NCBI RefSeq assembly: GCF_009834535.1 | Contig: NC_045696.1 | Location: forward strand, 38,008,001 to 38,072,000 | Reading direction: 5' to 3' | Origin: Camelus ferus | Taxonomy: Eukaryota | Length of the DNA stretch: 64,000 nt | Shown: positions 10,960 through 25,112 of the stretch, one piece after another | Numbering within the stretch: position 1 is the first letter of the stretch | Layout: every line of letters begins with the position of its first letter | Notes under the pieces: generated by a model | Database searches by the model: none | What the model saw: the letters and a program-made list of their open reading frames with translations, nothing else | Told to the model about the DNA's origin: nothing | Translations under genes and position numbers: made by a program

Positions 10960-13900
10960 TTCAGACCACACTATAATTGTATAGGTCTAAATTTACTGAA
11001 GAAATGGAATTGATATGAATGACCTTCTAAAAAAGTAAGCTCCAGGCTCAGATTGTTTCATTGATGAACTCTACCAAATATTTAAGAAAGGAATGATACC
11101 AGTTCTCCACAACCTCTTCCTGAAAATGGAAGCAGAGGGAACATTTCCAACTCATTCTATGAGGGCAGCATTACCCTAATACCAAATCAGATAAAGACAC
11201 TGCAAGGAAGGAAAACTAAAGCCCCATATTCCATGTGAACACAGATGTGAAACTCCGCAACAATATATTAATTAATAAATCACCTCCAACAATGTATAAA
11301 AAGAATTATATGCCACAAAAAGTAAAATTTATTCAATATACGAAAGGTTGGTTCAACGTTCAAAAGTCAACTAATATAATTTCCCACATCAACACACTAA
11401 AGAAGAAAAATCATATGGTTATATCCCTTGATGCAGGAAAATTAGTGGAGGTTATATAATGACCATTCATGATTAAACTCAGAAAACTAAGAATAGAGGG
11501 GAACTCAAGAACTTTATTTAAAAAAAAAAAGTATAATAAATCTAAGGCTAACTTCATATTTAATAGTGAGTACTGGACAATTTCCCCTTAAGATATGGTC
11601 AAGACAAGGATTTCCTTTCTCATCACTCTTATTCACCATCATATGAGAAGTCCTAGCTACCATGATACAACAAGAAAAGGATATAAAAGTATACAAATTT
11701 GGAAGGAGGTAATAACTATTTTTGTTCTGAGACTACATTACCTGCATAGAAAACCCCAAAGAATCAATGACAAAACTATTAGAATTAGTAAGTGATTATA
11801 GCAAGGTTGCATTACACAAGGGTAATGTACACATGTTAATTGTGTACCTATATGTCAACAATAAAAACTGGATTTTGAAATTAAAAAAAATACGATTTAC
11901 AACAACTGCCTGCAAAATGAAATTCTTACAGAAATGAACAAAATAAGTACAGGATCTATATGTAAAGAATTGTAAGACTTTGATTAAAAAATTCAAAGAA
12001 GAGCTAAATAAATGTGGAGAAATGCCATGAATATGGAATGGAACATGATACTGTTAAGACTATCATTCTTGACAATTTGATCAATAGATTAATGCACTAT
12101 TAATCAAAATCCAATAACAGCATTTTATAAATATTGAAATACTAATTCTAAAATTTATATGCAAAGGGAAAAGACCTAGAATACACAACACAATTATTAA
12201 AAAAAAAAAAAAGTCAGATGACTGATTCTATATGACTTCAATATAATCAACACAACATAGTGTATTGGTGAAAGGAAGCCACAGATCAATGGAACAAAAA
12301 AGAGAACCCAGAAGTAGAACGTAGAATGAAAAGAAAGCAAAAAAGAGAGAGAAGGAAGGAAGAGAAAAAAGGAATCTAAACACAGACTTATGCACCTTTT
12401 ACAAAAATTAACCCAAAATGGATCAAAGACCTAAATGCAAAATGCAAAATATATTATTCTATAACATTGGAGAAAAATAAATGACTTTGGTTTTGGCAAT
12501 GAGTTTTTAGATGCAATATCAAAAGCCAAATTTTTAGAAAATGGTAAGTTGGGAGTTTATTAAAGGTAAAAACTTCTGCTCTGCCAAGACAGTGTTAAGA
12601 GAATAAAAAGACAAGTCAGTAACTGGAAGAAAATACTTGTAGAACATGTCTCCCATAAATCACTTGTATTCAAAATATGAAAAGAACTCTTGAAATGTAA
12701 CAGTAAGAAAACAATTCAATTTTTGAATGGGCAAAATATCTGAACAGATGCTTCAAAAAACTATATACTTCATGGCAAGTAAGTATATGAAAACACTTTT
12801 AACATTATTCAGCAATATGGAATAGCAAATTAAAACAATTTGATACTACTACGCACCTATTAAATGGCTAAAATCCAACAAATAATGAAAAAAAAAAAAA
12901 AAAACCTGACACCACCAAATGTTTATGAGGATGTGGAACCACAGGACTCTCATTCATCACTGATAAAAATTCAGAATGGTACAGCCAATTTGGAAGACAT
13001 TTTCTCAGTTTTCTTACAAATCTAAACATAGTATTACTCAACGATCCAGCAATAATCTTTCTAGCTATTTAATCAATTGAATTGAAAACTTATGACCACA
13101 ACAAATCTAAATAGGAATGTTTTCAACAATATTATTCATAACTGCCTAAGGACAATCAAGTTGTCTTTAAATAGGTGAATGGATAAATAAATTATTATAC
13201 ATCCATATAATTGAATTTTATTCAGTAATAAAAAAGAAATGAGCTATCAACCCATGAGAAACATGAATGAATCTTAAATGCACATTGCTAACTGGAAAGA
13301 GTCAGCCAGAATAAACAACATACTATATGATTCCAATTATGTTAATTTCTGCAAAAGGCAAAACTATAGTTTTTAAAAATCAGTGTTTGCCTAGGAACTT
13401 GGGAGTGGGAATGGGGGAGAGTTAAATAGGTGAAATGCAGGGGATCTGGGATACTGCAGCGGTGAATGCATGACATTATGCACTTGTCAAAACCCATAGA
13501 ACTTTACAGCACAAAGAATGAAGCTAAATGTGTACAATTATTTAGGAAGTCCAAGGATCCAGAATGGAATGCAGAACGTGAGAGAACAATCTGAATACTG
13601 CTATGTATGAAACAACCTCACTGTAGGGATGGGGGGTAGACCGGGGAGGATGTGCTGACGTAAGTAACTCTGGAAATAAGTAGAGAGTCTAAGACTTAAA
13701 GAAAAGGAACTTTAAATAAGCATTTGACTCTAGCTGACAAAGTTTTTTCCTACAGGGGTGCAGTTCTTACACTGCTATACATGTATACTGGAACTGAAAG
13801 AATAGTCAAATGTATGGTAGATGGAGGAAGATAGGTTCTCACTGTTGAAATGGCAGTTTATAGATGAGCAAAAAGAGACTGGAATGATCCATATAGTAAT

Positions 13901-14600
13901 GGACTTTGGTTGCAGCCATCAGCATGAACTCCTGTTCAGCTTAATATAGATGCAGATGGGTATAAAAATAAGTATTTCTAGGTATGTGTATATACCCATG
14001 TTAGTATACACACATACATTTCTTTGTTCTTATTCTATTCAGCTGAGTGGGCCTAGAAGTAGTCACCCCAGTAGCAAAGAGTACACTTGGTACCAATATC
14101 TTTGTTTCAAACATCATTCTTCAAGAAAAGAAACCAGGTTCCTAGCAGAAATGGCTGATTCTAGGACATGAGCAGAAAATATATATAATTAGACTGGAGC
14201 TTCTTGTTTAGTCAGATCAAAAAATAAATAAACAAAACCTACATTGATAGGATAAAGATACAGGACCCAGAAGAAACATCTCCCAGTTGCAAAAAATGGA
14301 ACATCTCAGCAACAAAATAAAGCAGCATTGAGCTACTACCCAAAGTAAAAAATATCCACAAGTCCCTACTGGAGTGATATACATACATACATACATACAT
14401 ATAAATAAATGAGATGAAAAAGGAAAATCTCTTATACAGAAGAATTCCAAATAATTTGTGAAAACTAGTTGTAATGTGGTATCCTAAATGGGATTCTGAA
14501 ACAGAGAAACAGGTATTAGGTAAAAGCTAAAGGAAACTGACTAAAGTTATCAAATATAGTTAATGACAGTATATCAAAATTGGTTTGTTCAATTTATTTT
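10960..14600 (+). mobile_element. Long degenerate L1 ORF2 plus 3' UTR (L1MC/L1MD-type)
   Basis: Continuous ORF2 motifs (aactcattctatgaggg, ggttggttcaacgttcaaaag, gatcaatggaaca) with stops and frameshifts; 3' UTR motif gaaatggctgattctaggac. Confidence 0.9.
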
Positions 14601-16299
14601 AGACAGTTACATTTATGAATACAGCTCAAGAAATCAGAAACATGAGGACATTATAATTTTTGTTTCATGCTCTCTGTTAACTGGAATTTCTTTCATATAT
14701 ATACTACCCTGAAATCAAATTACCTCCATAACATGTTTCTACATTACACTGAAATTCCAAAGGTTAGATTTCATGATGAAATGTCCACTTCCCCATGTAT
14801 TCTCTCTTTTATGGTCTTTTAAATTTGCTAAGAATAACGCTTGAGGCTTACTCATTCAGAGAAAATAAAAGATGAAATATCTAGAATTTGGAGCAAAATG
14901 GCTATTACATATGAAAGATTAAAAAATAAGTTTCCCATTTGCAACAAAATTTTTCTTGTACTGGAAACTCAAAACAGGGAATTATCTGAATAATAGAAGC
15001 CATGGAAAACTATAACAAAGTCAATTTAAAAAAAAACCCTTTTTAACATAATAACATATAAAATTATCAAATTAGAAATCTCACATTAAATATCATTGTA
15101 CTAAAGGCTATTTCTACTGCAAGTCAAGAGATAATTTAAATCAGTAAATTATGTCCTTGCATTTCCTCATGATTTTTAACATTATTATACATTTCCTTTC
15201 ATAAATTACTGGAAAATATTTTAATATCATTTTGTACAATGATTAATAGTTTTTAAAATGTCTTTATTCCATAAGAGATGATTCCACATTTCTACTTCAA
15301 TAAAGAGAGGTAAAAACAAAATAACTTGTCTGTAATTTACTAGATTTAATATTTCCTTCAATATGGTGAATATGTTTTTGAAAATCTGTTTCATTATGGT
15401 CAAGCTTAAATTAATATAAACTGTATAGTCTCATTCATTTTATTAAAAATATTATTGCTTCATTAATCATTGATATTTAATCAACATAAATTAGAGGTTC
15501 CTTAAAGAATGGATGTCCTTTTTATATTAACTTTCAGTTTATTCCCTTGGATACTTAGGAGATAACATACATGGGGATGAGAATTAGGCTGATGTATAAA
15601 ATTTATGTTAATCACAGTCTTTAGAAATACATCATATTTTATATTTGTGTTTCTGAAATTTCTTTTTAAATTTCTATTACATCTTTAGAAACACAGACTA
15701 CTTAAAATGACATACATAAAAATACTTTTAAAAAAACAAATTAAAAATTTATAAGAAACTCTTGATCTCCAGCCCTACCTCTACCATCGCCAATATTTCT
15801 TTCCCTTCATATGACAGTTACAGAGGGCAAGAAAGTAAATATGAAATTATGAGAACCTAATTTATTTGCAGAAATATTTAAAAAATCAGTGAGAGGAACA
15901 AGAGTTCTGCTGTATCCCTGTCTTTAAATTCACAAAACTGGCATGATCCCAATTATCTACAACTTATATCCATTCCCATTTGATCTTTTTTATCCTTTTT
16001 CCAATAAAAAAGCAATGATACACTTCACCCATTCCAACCCTGCCCAATGTAGGGTCAGCCACCACTGATTCCTGTTTAATTTCTTTGAGTAATAAGCAGT
16101 TTTGTTCAATATGATGTATTAACATGAGGAGGGAACTCATGACAGAGTCTTTTTCAGTTGAACCCTCCACTCTATGTTGCACGATACAACAGTATTGTTA
16201 AGTCCTTTCACCCAGGAGCTCTCAGCTGTGTAAACACACTAAAGCCTCCCATTCTCTTACTCTCACATACATTCATCAGTCCTCCTATGAATCCCAGTT

Positions 16300-16822
16300 T
16301 TCCTAAATTCAGTAATTTAATAAATAAAATTTATTTTATTTATAATAACAGTATATGAAAACAGTAAGAATAAAATATACTAGAAATATAAATACCTATA
16401 TGGAGAGATATCATAAAAATCCACTGGGAAATGTTAAGAAGACTAAAATAAGTATATAAAACTCATTCTATGGAAACACAAATTTCTAACAAATCAACAT
16501 AGAAATCCATTGTGATCTTTATCAAAATCCTGTTTGTTTATTTCCTTATTTTGCTTAGTTTACTTACCTTTTGTTATTGCTTTTCTAGAATTTGGAAATG
16601 TAACAAATGCTTATGAATTTTACCTAGTAAAATAAACATTTGTAAATAGCCAGGAAATTGTTTTTTTAAAGGTTTTAAAGGGGTCATAATATATCAGATA
16701 CTAAGTATTATAAAATTATAGTAGTTAAAATTGAGTGGCAATGGTTCACAATTAGACAGATTCAACTGAAATAATCAGTAATTAATCTCAAGTACACATG
16801 AGTATTCATTACATACTAAATA
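16300..16822 (+). mobile_element. Very degenerate L1 ORF2 fragment
   Basis: A-rich, residual ORF2 motifs (atcaaaatcc, attataaaattatagtagttaaaa). Confidence 0.5.
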
Positions 16823-17250
16823 CTGTATTAGCGGATTCTTTTTCAGTTCCAAACAACAGGTACAAAATGACCTAAGTCAAATGTTAAGAACAGCTTAAGA
16901 CAGGATTTAAAAAGTGTTCAAATTATATGTCATGCCACCAGGAATAGATTTTCTCTCTCTCATCTCCTGTTTTCTCCCAAATTTTCAAAATTCAGCCAGT
17001 TTTCCATTCACTGCTTTCAAGATAGATATTGTATTGCAGTGCTCTGTATCCTTTCTCATTTAAGTTCAGCTGGAAAATCACAAGAATTTCGTTCCCAGAA
17101 TATTTAGCAAAAATCCTAGTATGTCTTTTTGATCAAATGGCAATACTGAAACTAATCAATGTGTTCATTTACTGTAGCCTGGTTCATTTGCTCCATAGAT
17201 GCAGTCTGGAGGCGAGGCCTCACTCTAACTCATAAAAATTAAGTATTCCC
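16823..17250 (-). mobile_element. MaLR LTR (MLT1-type)
   Basis: Starts tgtattag; caatactgaaactaatcaatgtg motif. Confidence 0.5.
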
Positions 17251-18307
17251 CATATATTTGATACCTAAAATAATTTCTATCTCTATGAATGATACGTGTC
17301 TAGCTTTCAAATTCACACATTCTAATTTTCAAGTTTAGCTCTATTATATAATTGTTAAAATAATTTTTAAAAGACTGAATTTCTTTCATAGATAGAATCT
17401 CATAGAACTATATGATGTAATGCAGGAAGAAACTGCATCCAAAATAAAAGTGGATATATTTGTTTTAGCTAAAGGAAAGGGACATTTTTTTCCTACTGAA
17501 AGTAGAGCAAATACAGTAAATATAAAGAAAAGTTGATGACTGAATGAAGAAAGAATATTTGCCTAATGACATAATCAGGAAGAAAGATTTTATGATGAAA
17601 GTAAAGAGAAAATAATCAGATTAAAACACTCAAAGAAAAAAATAAAAGGTACTGAGAATCTAGGTCAGTAGAGGGTAGTCCTCATGAAATTAAAATATTT
17701 TTAGTTGAATTTAGGCACACACTTATTACTCTATACAAAAAAAAAATTAAAATTACTACCTTGGAGTGGACATGCATATTTGCTTGAGGTTTGCAGAACA
17801 CCTGCAACAACAGGATAGAAAGGGCAACAGAATCAAGTATAACAAGAGCAAGAGACTGATGTCATTGGTGATGGGATCTGTGCTGGATCGAAAAGAAAAA
17901 TGTTCAAACTGAAAGAACACAAAAAGGAATTGGAGATCTTGATGAAACTGCAAAGACAGCTATTGATGTTGAGAGACTAATAGAGCAGCAAAAATAGGAG
18001 ACTATGTTCAAAGAACGCAATATTGATTTCAGGAAATAAATTCTGTGAGGTTGTTAAAGTGAGGCCACTACAGTGACATGTTAGTAAAAATTATTCAAGC
18101 TTCAACTGGAATTCGTAACAGCTTTAATGTATCTTCTCCAGGCTTGTCCAAGTTTAACCAATGTTATAATGAAACGGTTCTATGAGTGGCGGTCAGTAAG
18201 AGTTTGAGCTAGCCCTAGATTCCCCAAGCTGTTTTAGAGTAATAGATTTACTCTAAATGTAGAAGTGATTGTTGATGACATAAGGATCCCTAAATAGTGT
18301 TCCAAGT

Positions 18308-18430
18308 TTCATTCATGCATGTGATAACTCACCCACTCATTTTTTTTAAAAATGTATTAAGGACCTCCATTTGTCAGGCATTGTTATATACATGAGGGAT
18401 AGAAAGAATAATATGACATAATCTCCGTTC
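18308..18430 (-). mobile_element. L2 3' end
   Basis: ttcattca...tgtattaaggacctccatttgtcaggcattg. Confidence 0.65.
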
Positions 18431-19564
18431 CAAAACCCAAAATATATTTATGGGTACTATTATGTAAGAAGACATGAGATACAGTAGGAGAAAGACGGGA
18501 GAGTCAAAACTAGGAAAGGGATAACAGATGAGAGCTCCATTCTCTAAAGTAACCAGAAGGAAAGAATGAAAGGAAATATAGATGCTTTACTCCAGAGAAA
18601 TCTTTTAAGATGAGTTTCAAAATTACCAATCAAGATTAAACCCATAATCCTCTTCATCAAAGAGAAAAGAAAATGCTTTGACTATCTGAAATTTATCTTA
18701 ATCAGAAAATTACTGGAACTGCTCTGATTAATGTCAAATTCAAATGATTATTAACAAGGAGCAATGTGATGCTCTTAACACAAAAAAAATTTAAATACTA
18801 AATATTACGTTCAATGTACTCTCATATTCTCACAAATGAAAAAGGAAAATTATAAGATTTAAATCTGGGAACATAAATTTAACTCAAACTTAAATGCTAA
18901 CCATATACAATAAAAACTACTGGTAAAATAGTCCATATAATTCTAGGACACATATGTCAATCTTTATTTGCAGTATTTTCCATTACGGTCTTATTCACCG
19001 AATGAAAGAAAAATGTTTTTCAAGTTATCTCAACCAAAAAATCATGAATACTTTAACATGCAATGTCTAATTTCACAAGTGTTAAGAAGACCTTAGAGAC
19101 CTAGCTATTATGCAATTTATTCAAACTTTTCATTTACCAGTGTTCATGTCTGTCAATCTGCTTCTCTTTATGACGCAAAGATATATTGTGCCCAGACCCT
19201 GTTTGCTACTAAGATCCAGGCATTTATGGACATGCCTGATTAATCTCTTAAGAAAGTTCTATTTATACAGAGAGGTCTTCGGGTAGGAGACGACAGACAT
19301 GACAAACTTGACCCAATGTCAAGCCTTAGCCTTCTGAGTTAAAGAGAAATTTTGCAGAAAATACAATAACTATCACAGATTTAATACTTAGCTTAGCCCT
19401 CAATGGATTTACCTCTCAGTCCTACTGCAGGCAAAGAACAGGAATGAAAAGCTGAAAAAGATTATGTACTGAACTCTTTAAAACCTTTGGGTATACACAG
19501 AACTTTTTTGAGGTCTTTCCAATAATATTACTAAAAAAGGAAAAAGAATGCTTCCCCATATGCC

Positions 19565-19900
19565 TTTCAAGATAAGCTAGGCTGTGCTGTGTAACAGATA
19601 AACACAGAAATCTGTCTGATGTGGTTGGAAAGTCTTTCTCCAATTTACAGCTAGAATATTTGGATCACATGATCTCCTGGGTTGTAATGTTGGGGAGAAG
19701 AAGAAGAAGCCTCAGGAAGGCATTCTAGTTCTTAACTGCTTTGGCCCAGAAGTGCCTTACGTCACTTCCACTTGTAATTCCATCACTGTGTCTCAATTAA
19801 TAACAGGGGAAGCTGGAAATCAAGGATTCCCATGAGCCCAGAATAAAAAAAAAGAAAGAGAATTTGGTGAAGCCTAGCCCCACATCAACCTGTCACTTTG
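19565..19900 (-). mobile_element. MaLR LTR (MLT1J/K-like)
   Basis: aagctaggctgtgctgtgtaaca; ggcccagaagtg...cgtcacttccac. Confidence 0.65.
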
Positions 19901-20291
19901 ATGCAGATTAATGTCTACTTTCAGCTTTAAGTGTTGAGGGTGTGAGCAATGTTTCCCAGAGGGCTGTGAGTACCAGGTAAGCAGGTGATTCTGAGGCGCT
20001 GTGGGAGAGGTCAATACAGTGTTGAGTAACACTGAAGTAACAGCTAAGCTTCACAGGTGCAGCCATATTTACAGGCAGAAGGGAGACTTCCCTATCCAAG
20101 AGAACCAAGGTGGTTCACAGGAGAAAAATCTCTGATGCCTGGACTCTGATCCATGCTAAGCAGCAGCAAGAAGACTCAATGAAAATATGCCAGTGAGGAA
20201 TGGAGAAACTAAGGCTACAGGTGTTTATTTTATGTTGGTCTTATTTCAACTTTTGTTTGTTCAATTTATAAATATATATATATATTCTCTT

Positions 20292-20314
20292 TGTGTGTGT
20301 GTGTGTGTGTGTGT
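20292..20314. repeat. (TG)n microsatellite
   Basis: Directly visible. Confidence 0.95.
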
Positions 20315-20359
20315 ATCTTCTCGTTAAGTTTCCATCCTAGCAATTCTCATAAATTTAAA

Positions 20360-20960
20360 CACAAACTTTGTAGGAATTAACAAATCAATTCCTGATCTCT
20401 CTCAAATCCCAGATTATAATTTCCAACTTCCTGTTGAACACATCTAACATCATCTTTCTCCCTCCTTCTGACTGTTACTGGCACCACTGCTTTTCAAGTC
20501 AAACTGACTTAAAACCAGTTTGGCATTGTTAACTTTTCATCATTTATCATGTCAATTGAAATTCACTTTCCTGTTTACACTCTACCTTATCCTAGTCCGG
20601 CATTATCTCCCTGCTGTATCTACTGTAATGTTATCTCTCTCTGTACTCTGTAGCTCCCCTCTTAATCCCCTACTTTTGATGCATCCTACATCACAGCTTT
20701 CAGTCACCAATTCAGCCTTTCAACGCCCTATCCTAATTTAGATACCACCCCAGGAAACTGTTCCTAATCCTCTTAACCAAATGGAATGTTAAATTAGTCA
20801 GAATCTGTTTGGTTTATAACCCCTTATTCTACCCAGTATTCCAGTGTTTTGCTTGCTTGCTTCGTTATTAGTCCCACCACATATTTATCTGCTTGAAGGA
20901 AGGAAATGTGATTGACAATACCTTGTGCTTATTAGGTACTTAATACACACTTTGAGCCAA
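20360..20960 (+). mobile_element. L2 fragments
   Basis: tttccaacttcctgttgaacacatcta, cctagtccggcatt, taggtacttaata. Confidence 0.55.
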
Positions 20961-21207
20961 AATGAATTCTCTAAACTGTACCACTTGAAATTTTGAAAGA
21001 GAAAATGTCAAGCCAGCAGCAAGAAATACCAAAATATAGTTTAGTCTCTTTAGTATTCTATAGTGTATAATTCAAATAATAGAGAACTGATTGTATTAGC
21101 AGTGCAGCTTAAATTTTAAAATATTTCTCATTGATACTTCTTTATAATAATATAATTTACTAGAATAATGATAGACTTAGTTTCTAGAAAAAATTTTCTA
21201 CTTAGAT

Positions 21208-21232
21208 CCAATAGTTTCTTCTGCCCCGCCCC
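21208..21232 (+). promoter_or_regulatory. Candidate promoter: CCAAT box plus perfect GC box
   Basis: CCAAT 21208-21212 and GCCCCGCCCC 21223-21232 in non-repeat AT-rich DNA upstream of splice signals. Confidence 0.3.
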
Positions 21233-21639
21233 ACAAAATATAGAAGTTTTAGAAAAAGTATTCCTATTTACCACTTTGTAACAAAGAAAGGTTGTAACAT
21301 TTATTAACTCTAAAACAGCTTGCCAAGTCCCACCAGACCTTGCGAGAAAAGGTCAAAATTATTTATACATTATTTTATGCTCCAATATTAGTAATACGTT
21401 AAGGGGAAGCAATTATTTAAGAAAAAAATTAGACCTTTTAAAGATCTTGAGTGGAAGTACTGCCAAGGAAAAAAATTATGGGATCATAGAACTCTAGTAA
21501 AAATGTCAACTTGCCTGTTTCAGTGTTTTATACGTTGGTGAGTAGTTGTGCCAGAATGTCTTTTCACAATGGAAAAGAATAAATTATGCCACATTATATG
21601 AAATATATGTGCCCCCACAGAGAATGCTTTACTTTATAG

Positions 21640-21712
21640 ATCCTGGTGTACTGTGGCCTCACTCAGCTCATAAAACATGGACCTGTCAAAACATCTTATG
21701 ATTAGTAGAGAA
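21640..21712 (+). other. Candidate exon with Kozak ATG (MDLSKHLMISRE...)
   Basis: Acceptor tttactttatag, AACATGG at 21677, donor GAA|GTAAGT; upstream donor TTG|GTGAGT at 21538. Confidence 0.3.
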
Positions 21713-22317
21713 GTAAGTATATTTTGAGTATTTTAGGGGGAGTACTTGGTTTATTATTCAGAATACAGATTATATTTCAAGGAAAAATGTATAATACTGG
21801 AAACAATAAAATTATGATCGTATGATGTTATATATTGTCTTTTGAACAGAAAATAGGTTCATTCATTAAAGTAAGAGATTTTATTCTCTCTAAACATATT
21901 TAAAATTTTATGAGATTATTATAGCAATATAAAACTTAAAGGCTAAATCACCAAAGTTTTAGTTTATAAACAAAATAAAATCTGGAAAAACTCTTTTTTC
22001 CTGGGTCTATGATCTTAATCACTTTAAGACACTATAATTAAATAATGTTATTGGTAGTTCATATAGCCATAACAATCACTACTCAGTCATTCTTACATAG
22101 TCATTACAGGTAAAATGGTGAGACAGATCTGATAGGAAATGACTAGTATTTGAAGGTGAGATAAATTATGGAAGATAATTGTATTTTCCCTTATAGAAAA
22201 AGATTATATATGAAGCCAAAAGTCAGGAACACATAGAAACTGGCAGGGACTCTATTAAAAGTAATGGACAGGATCCCAGAATGAAGAACTGCCATCAAGG
22301 AGATCTACATGGGTCTC

Positions 22318-22465
22318 ATTCATTCCTAAATATATTAATACTTATTGAGGACCTACTGAGTGCATTTCACTAATCAAGGTAGTAGGGAAAGAACAGTAAA
22401 TAAAACAAATAAAAAATACGTTCTTATGTGGCTTGTGTGACACTGAAGAGAAAATAAGCATAAAT
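22318..22465 (-). mobile_element. L2 3' end
   Basis: cattcattc...ttattgaggacctact...gaacagtaaataaaacaaa. Confidence 0.7.
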
Positions 22466-22468
22466 ATA

Positions 22469-23464
22469 GGGTTATTCCTCCATCTTTATTCTTTTTCTTC
22501 AGTATTACATTGGCAATTCTGGATCTTTTGTGATTCTATATAAACTTTTAGGATTATTTGTTCTAGTTCTATGAAAAATGTCCTGGGTAATTTGATAGGG
22601 ATCACATTAAATCTGTAGATTGATTTGGGCAGTATGTCCATTTTAACAATATTCATTCTTCTAATCCAAGACCATGGTCTATCTTTTCATTTCTTTAAAT
22701 CATCTTTAATTTTCTTAATCAATATTTTATACCTCTCTGCATGTAAGTTTTTCACCTCATTGATAAGGTTTATTCTTAAGTATTTTATTTTTTATATACA
22801 ATTTTAAAAGGGATTTCCTTTTTACTTTCCTTTTTTGATATTTCATTGTTAGTATAAAGAAATGCAGCAGATTTCTATATGTTAATCTTGTATTCTGCTA
22901 CCTTGCTGAATTCATCTATCAACTCTAATAGTTTTTGTGTGGAGTCTTTAGAGTTTGTTATACATAGTATCATATCATCTGTAGATGTGGAATGTATGTA
23001 CAATGGAATACTACTCAGCCATAAAAAAGAGTAAAATGCCATTTGCAGCAACATGGATGGACCTGGAAATTGTCATCCTAAGTGAAATAAGTGAGAAAGA
23101 GAAAGAAAAATACTATACGCTATCACTTATATGTGGTATCTAAAAAAAATGAGACAAATGAACTTATTTACAAAACAAAAACAGACTGATAGATATAGAA
23201 GAGAAATTTTTTTCTATGGGTTACCAAGGGGAAGAGGGTGGAGGGATAAACTGGTAGTTCAAGATTTGCAGATACTAACTACTGTATATAAAATAGATAA
23301 ACAGCAAGGTCCTACTGTATAGCACAGGGAACTATGTTAAGTACCCTATAATAGCCAATAATGAAAAAGAATATTAAAAGGGATATATATGTATAACTGA
23401 ATCACTATATTGTACACCAGAAATTAACACAACACTGTAAAGCGACTATACTTCAAAAAAAAAA
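22469..23464 (+). mobile_element. 5'-inverted L1 insertion (antisense ORF2 22469-22982, sense 3' end 22983-23464)
   Basis: Minus part reads TDDMIL...[10 protein letters not shown]; plus part reads MWNVCTMEYYSAIKK, then 3' UTR and poly(A). Confidence 0.85.
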
Positions 23465-23927
23465 GTAACAGATATTAGAATAAAATTTCAGACCAATAGT
23501 CTTCGTGAATGTTGTTGCAAAACTACTTTACAAGATGTTACCAAAAACAAAAAAATCCAGTTAAAAAACAAAAAAGGATAAGAAACTTAAAATTTGAAAA
23601 TCTGTGCTTGTGAGGAATACTATTAAAAGTGTACAGGGGAAATTTCATATGGTCATTGGAATTTGTCAAAAAGTAGTATCTACCCATATATAAACAGACT
23701 TTAAGGTCTAGATAAAAGCTTCCTTCAATTAATAAAGGACCCTGCATGTAAAACTTACAGTCAACTTTGTCATTAAAAGTTAACTGTTGAATAATTCTCC
23801 TCCCTTCCCAAGATGAAGAACAAAGCAAAGATGTCTATTCTCACCACTTTTATTCAACATTGTACTGAAGTTCTTGGGCATTACAATTAAACAAGAAAAA
23901 TAAGTAAAAGGTATGAAAAAGAAAGAA

Positions 23928-24149
23928 CAGACACATGTTACTATATATAATAGATAAAAAACAAGGATCTACTATATCACACAGGGAACTATATTCAATT
24001 TCTTGTGATAACATATGATGGAAAAGAATCTGAAAAAAAGTATATATACGTATGTATATGTATAACTGAATTATTTTGCTGTATACCTGAAACTAACACA
24101 GTAAATCAACTACACTCCAATAAAAAAAATTTTTTGGAAACAAACAAAT
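23928..24149 (+). mobile_element. Short L1 3' UTR insertion (cetartiodactyl-type)
   Basis: acagggaactatattcaa...caactacactccaataaaa; approximate TSD aaagaaagaa(a)acag on both sides. Confidence 0.85.
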
Positions 24150-24811
24150 AAAGAAAGAAAACAGATTGCCCCTTTTTGCAGACAGCAATTGTGTATGACG
24201 TAAATCTGAAGAAATTAACAAAACTATCAGTAGAACTAATAAGTGAATTTAACATGCTCTTAAGGTATATAGTTCATATAAAAATTAAAAAGTATATATT
24301 TACTTTCATTATCTAATAATGGTAAAATAAATTAGTTTTAAATTTTCATTTACAGTAGTATTCAACAGACATAAAATATATAATGAATAAATTTAGGCAA
24401 ACATATTTGAGATCTCTAAAGTGAAAAATACAAGACATTCCTAAGAGAAATTAACAGACAAACAAATGGAGAGGTATGCCATGTTTGAAAATTAATATAT
24501 ATAATATACTTAAGATATAAATTCCATATTGATCTAATAGATGCAGCAGAATGCTAATCATAATCTCAATAGATTTTTTTTTTCCCCAAGAACTCGGCAA
24601 ACCAATTCTGAAATTTGCATGGATAAAAAGCAATCTTAAAGCAACACTAAAAAATAAGGATAAAGTTGGAGGACTTATACTGCCTGGCTTCAAGGCTTAT
24701 TATAAGCTACAGTAATCAAAACAGTGTGGTACCAGCATAAGAATTGACAAACAGATCAATAGAACACAATTGAGAGACCAGAACTATATCCACATTTTTC
24801 CAGTCATTTGG

Positions 24812-25112
24812 ATTTTTGTCCAGTTTTATTGAGATATAATTGACGTGTAACATTGTGTAAGATGAAGGTATACAATGGGTTGATTCGATACACATATACT
24901 ACAAAATGATTAATACTACAGTATTAGCCAACACCTTCATTACCTCAGATAATTATCATATTTTCCTGTGGTGAAAACACTTAAGGTCTACTCTCTTCTC
25001 AGGTATATAATTCAATGTTATTAATTATAATCTCCAGGCTGTACATTAGATATCCAGAACTTATTCATTTTATAGCTGGAAGTTTATACCTCTTTGTTCA
25101 TCTCCCCATTTC
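24812..25112 (-). mobile_element. L1 3' end (L1MA-like), antisense
   Basis: cagttttattgagatataattgac...aaggtctactctctt...gtacattagatatccagaac. Confidence 0.85.

Noticed and set aside
11235..11795. ORFs with RT-like residues
   Set aside because: Fragments of decayed L1 ORF2 with stops and frameshifts
17870..18000. Purine-rich open frame CWIEKKNVQTERTQKGIGDLDETAKTAIDVERLIEQQK
   Set aside because: No convincing splice sites or homology; likely decayed LINE sequence
19757..19770. ETS-CRE-like composite TTACGTCACTTCC
   Set aside because: Lies in an MLT1 LTR where similar sequence is part of the family pattern
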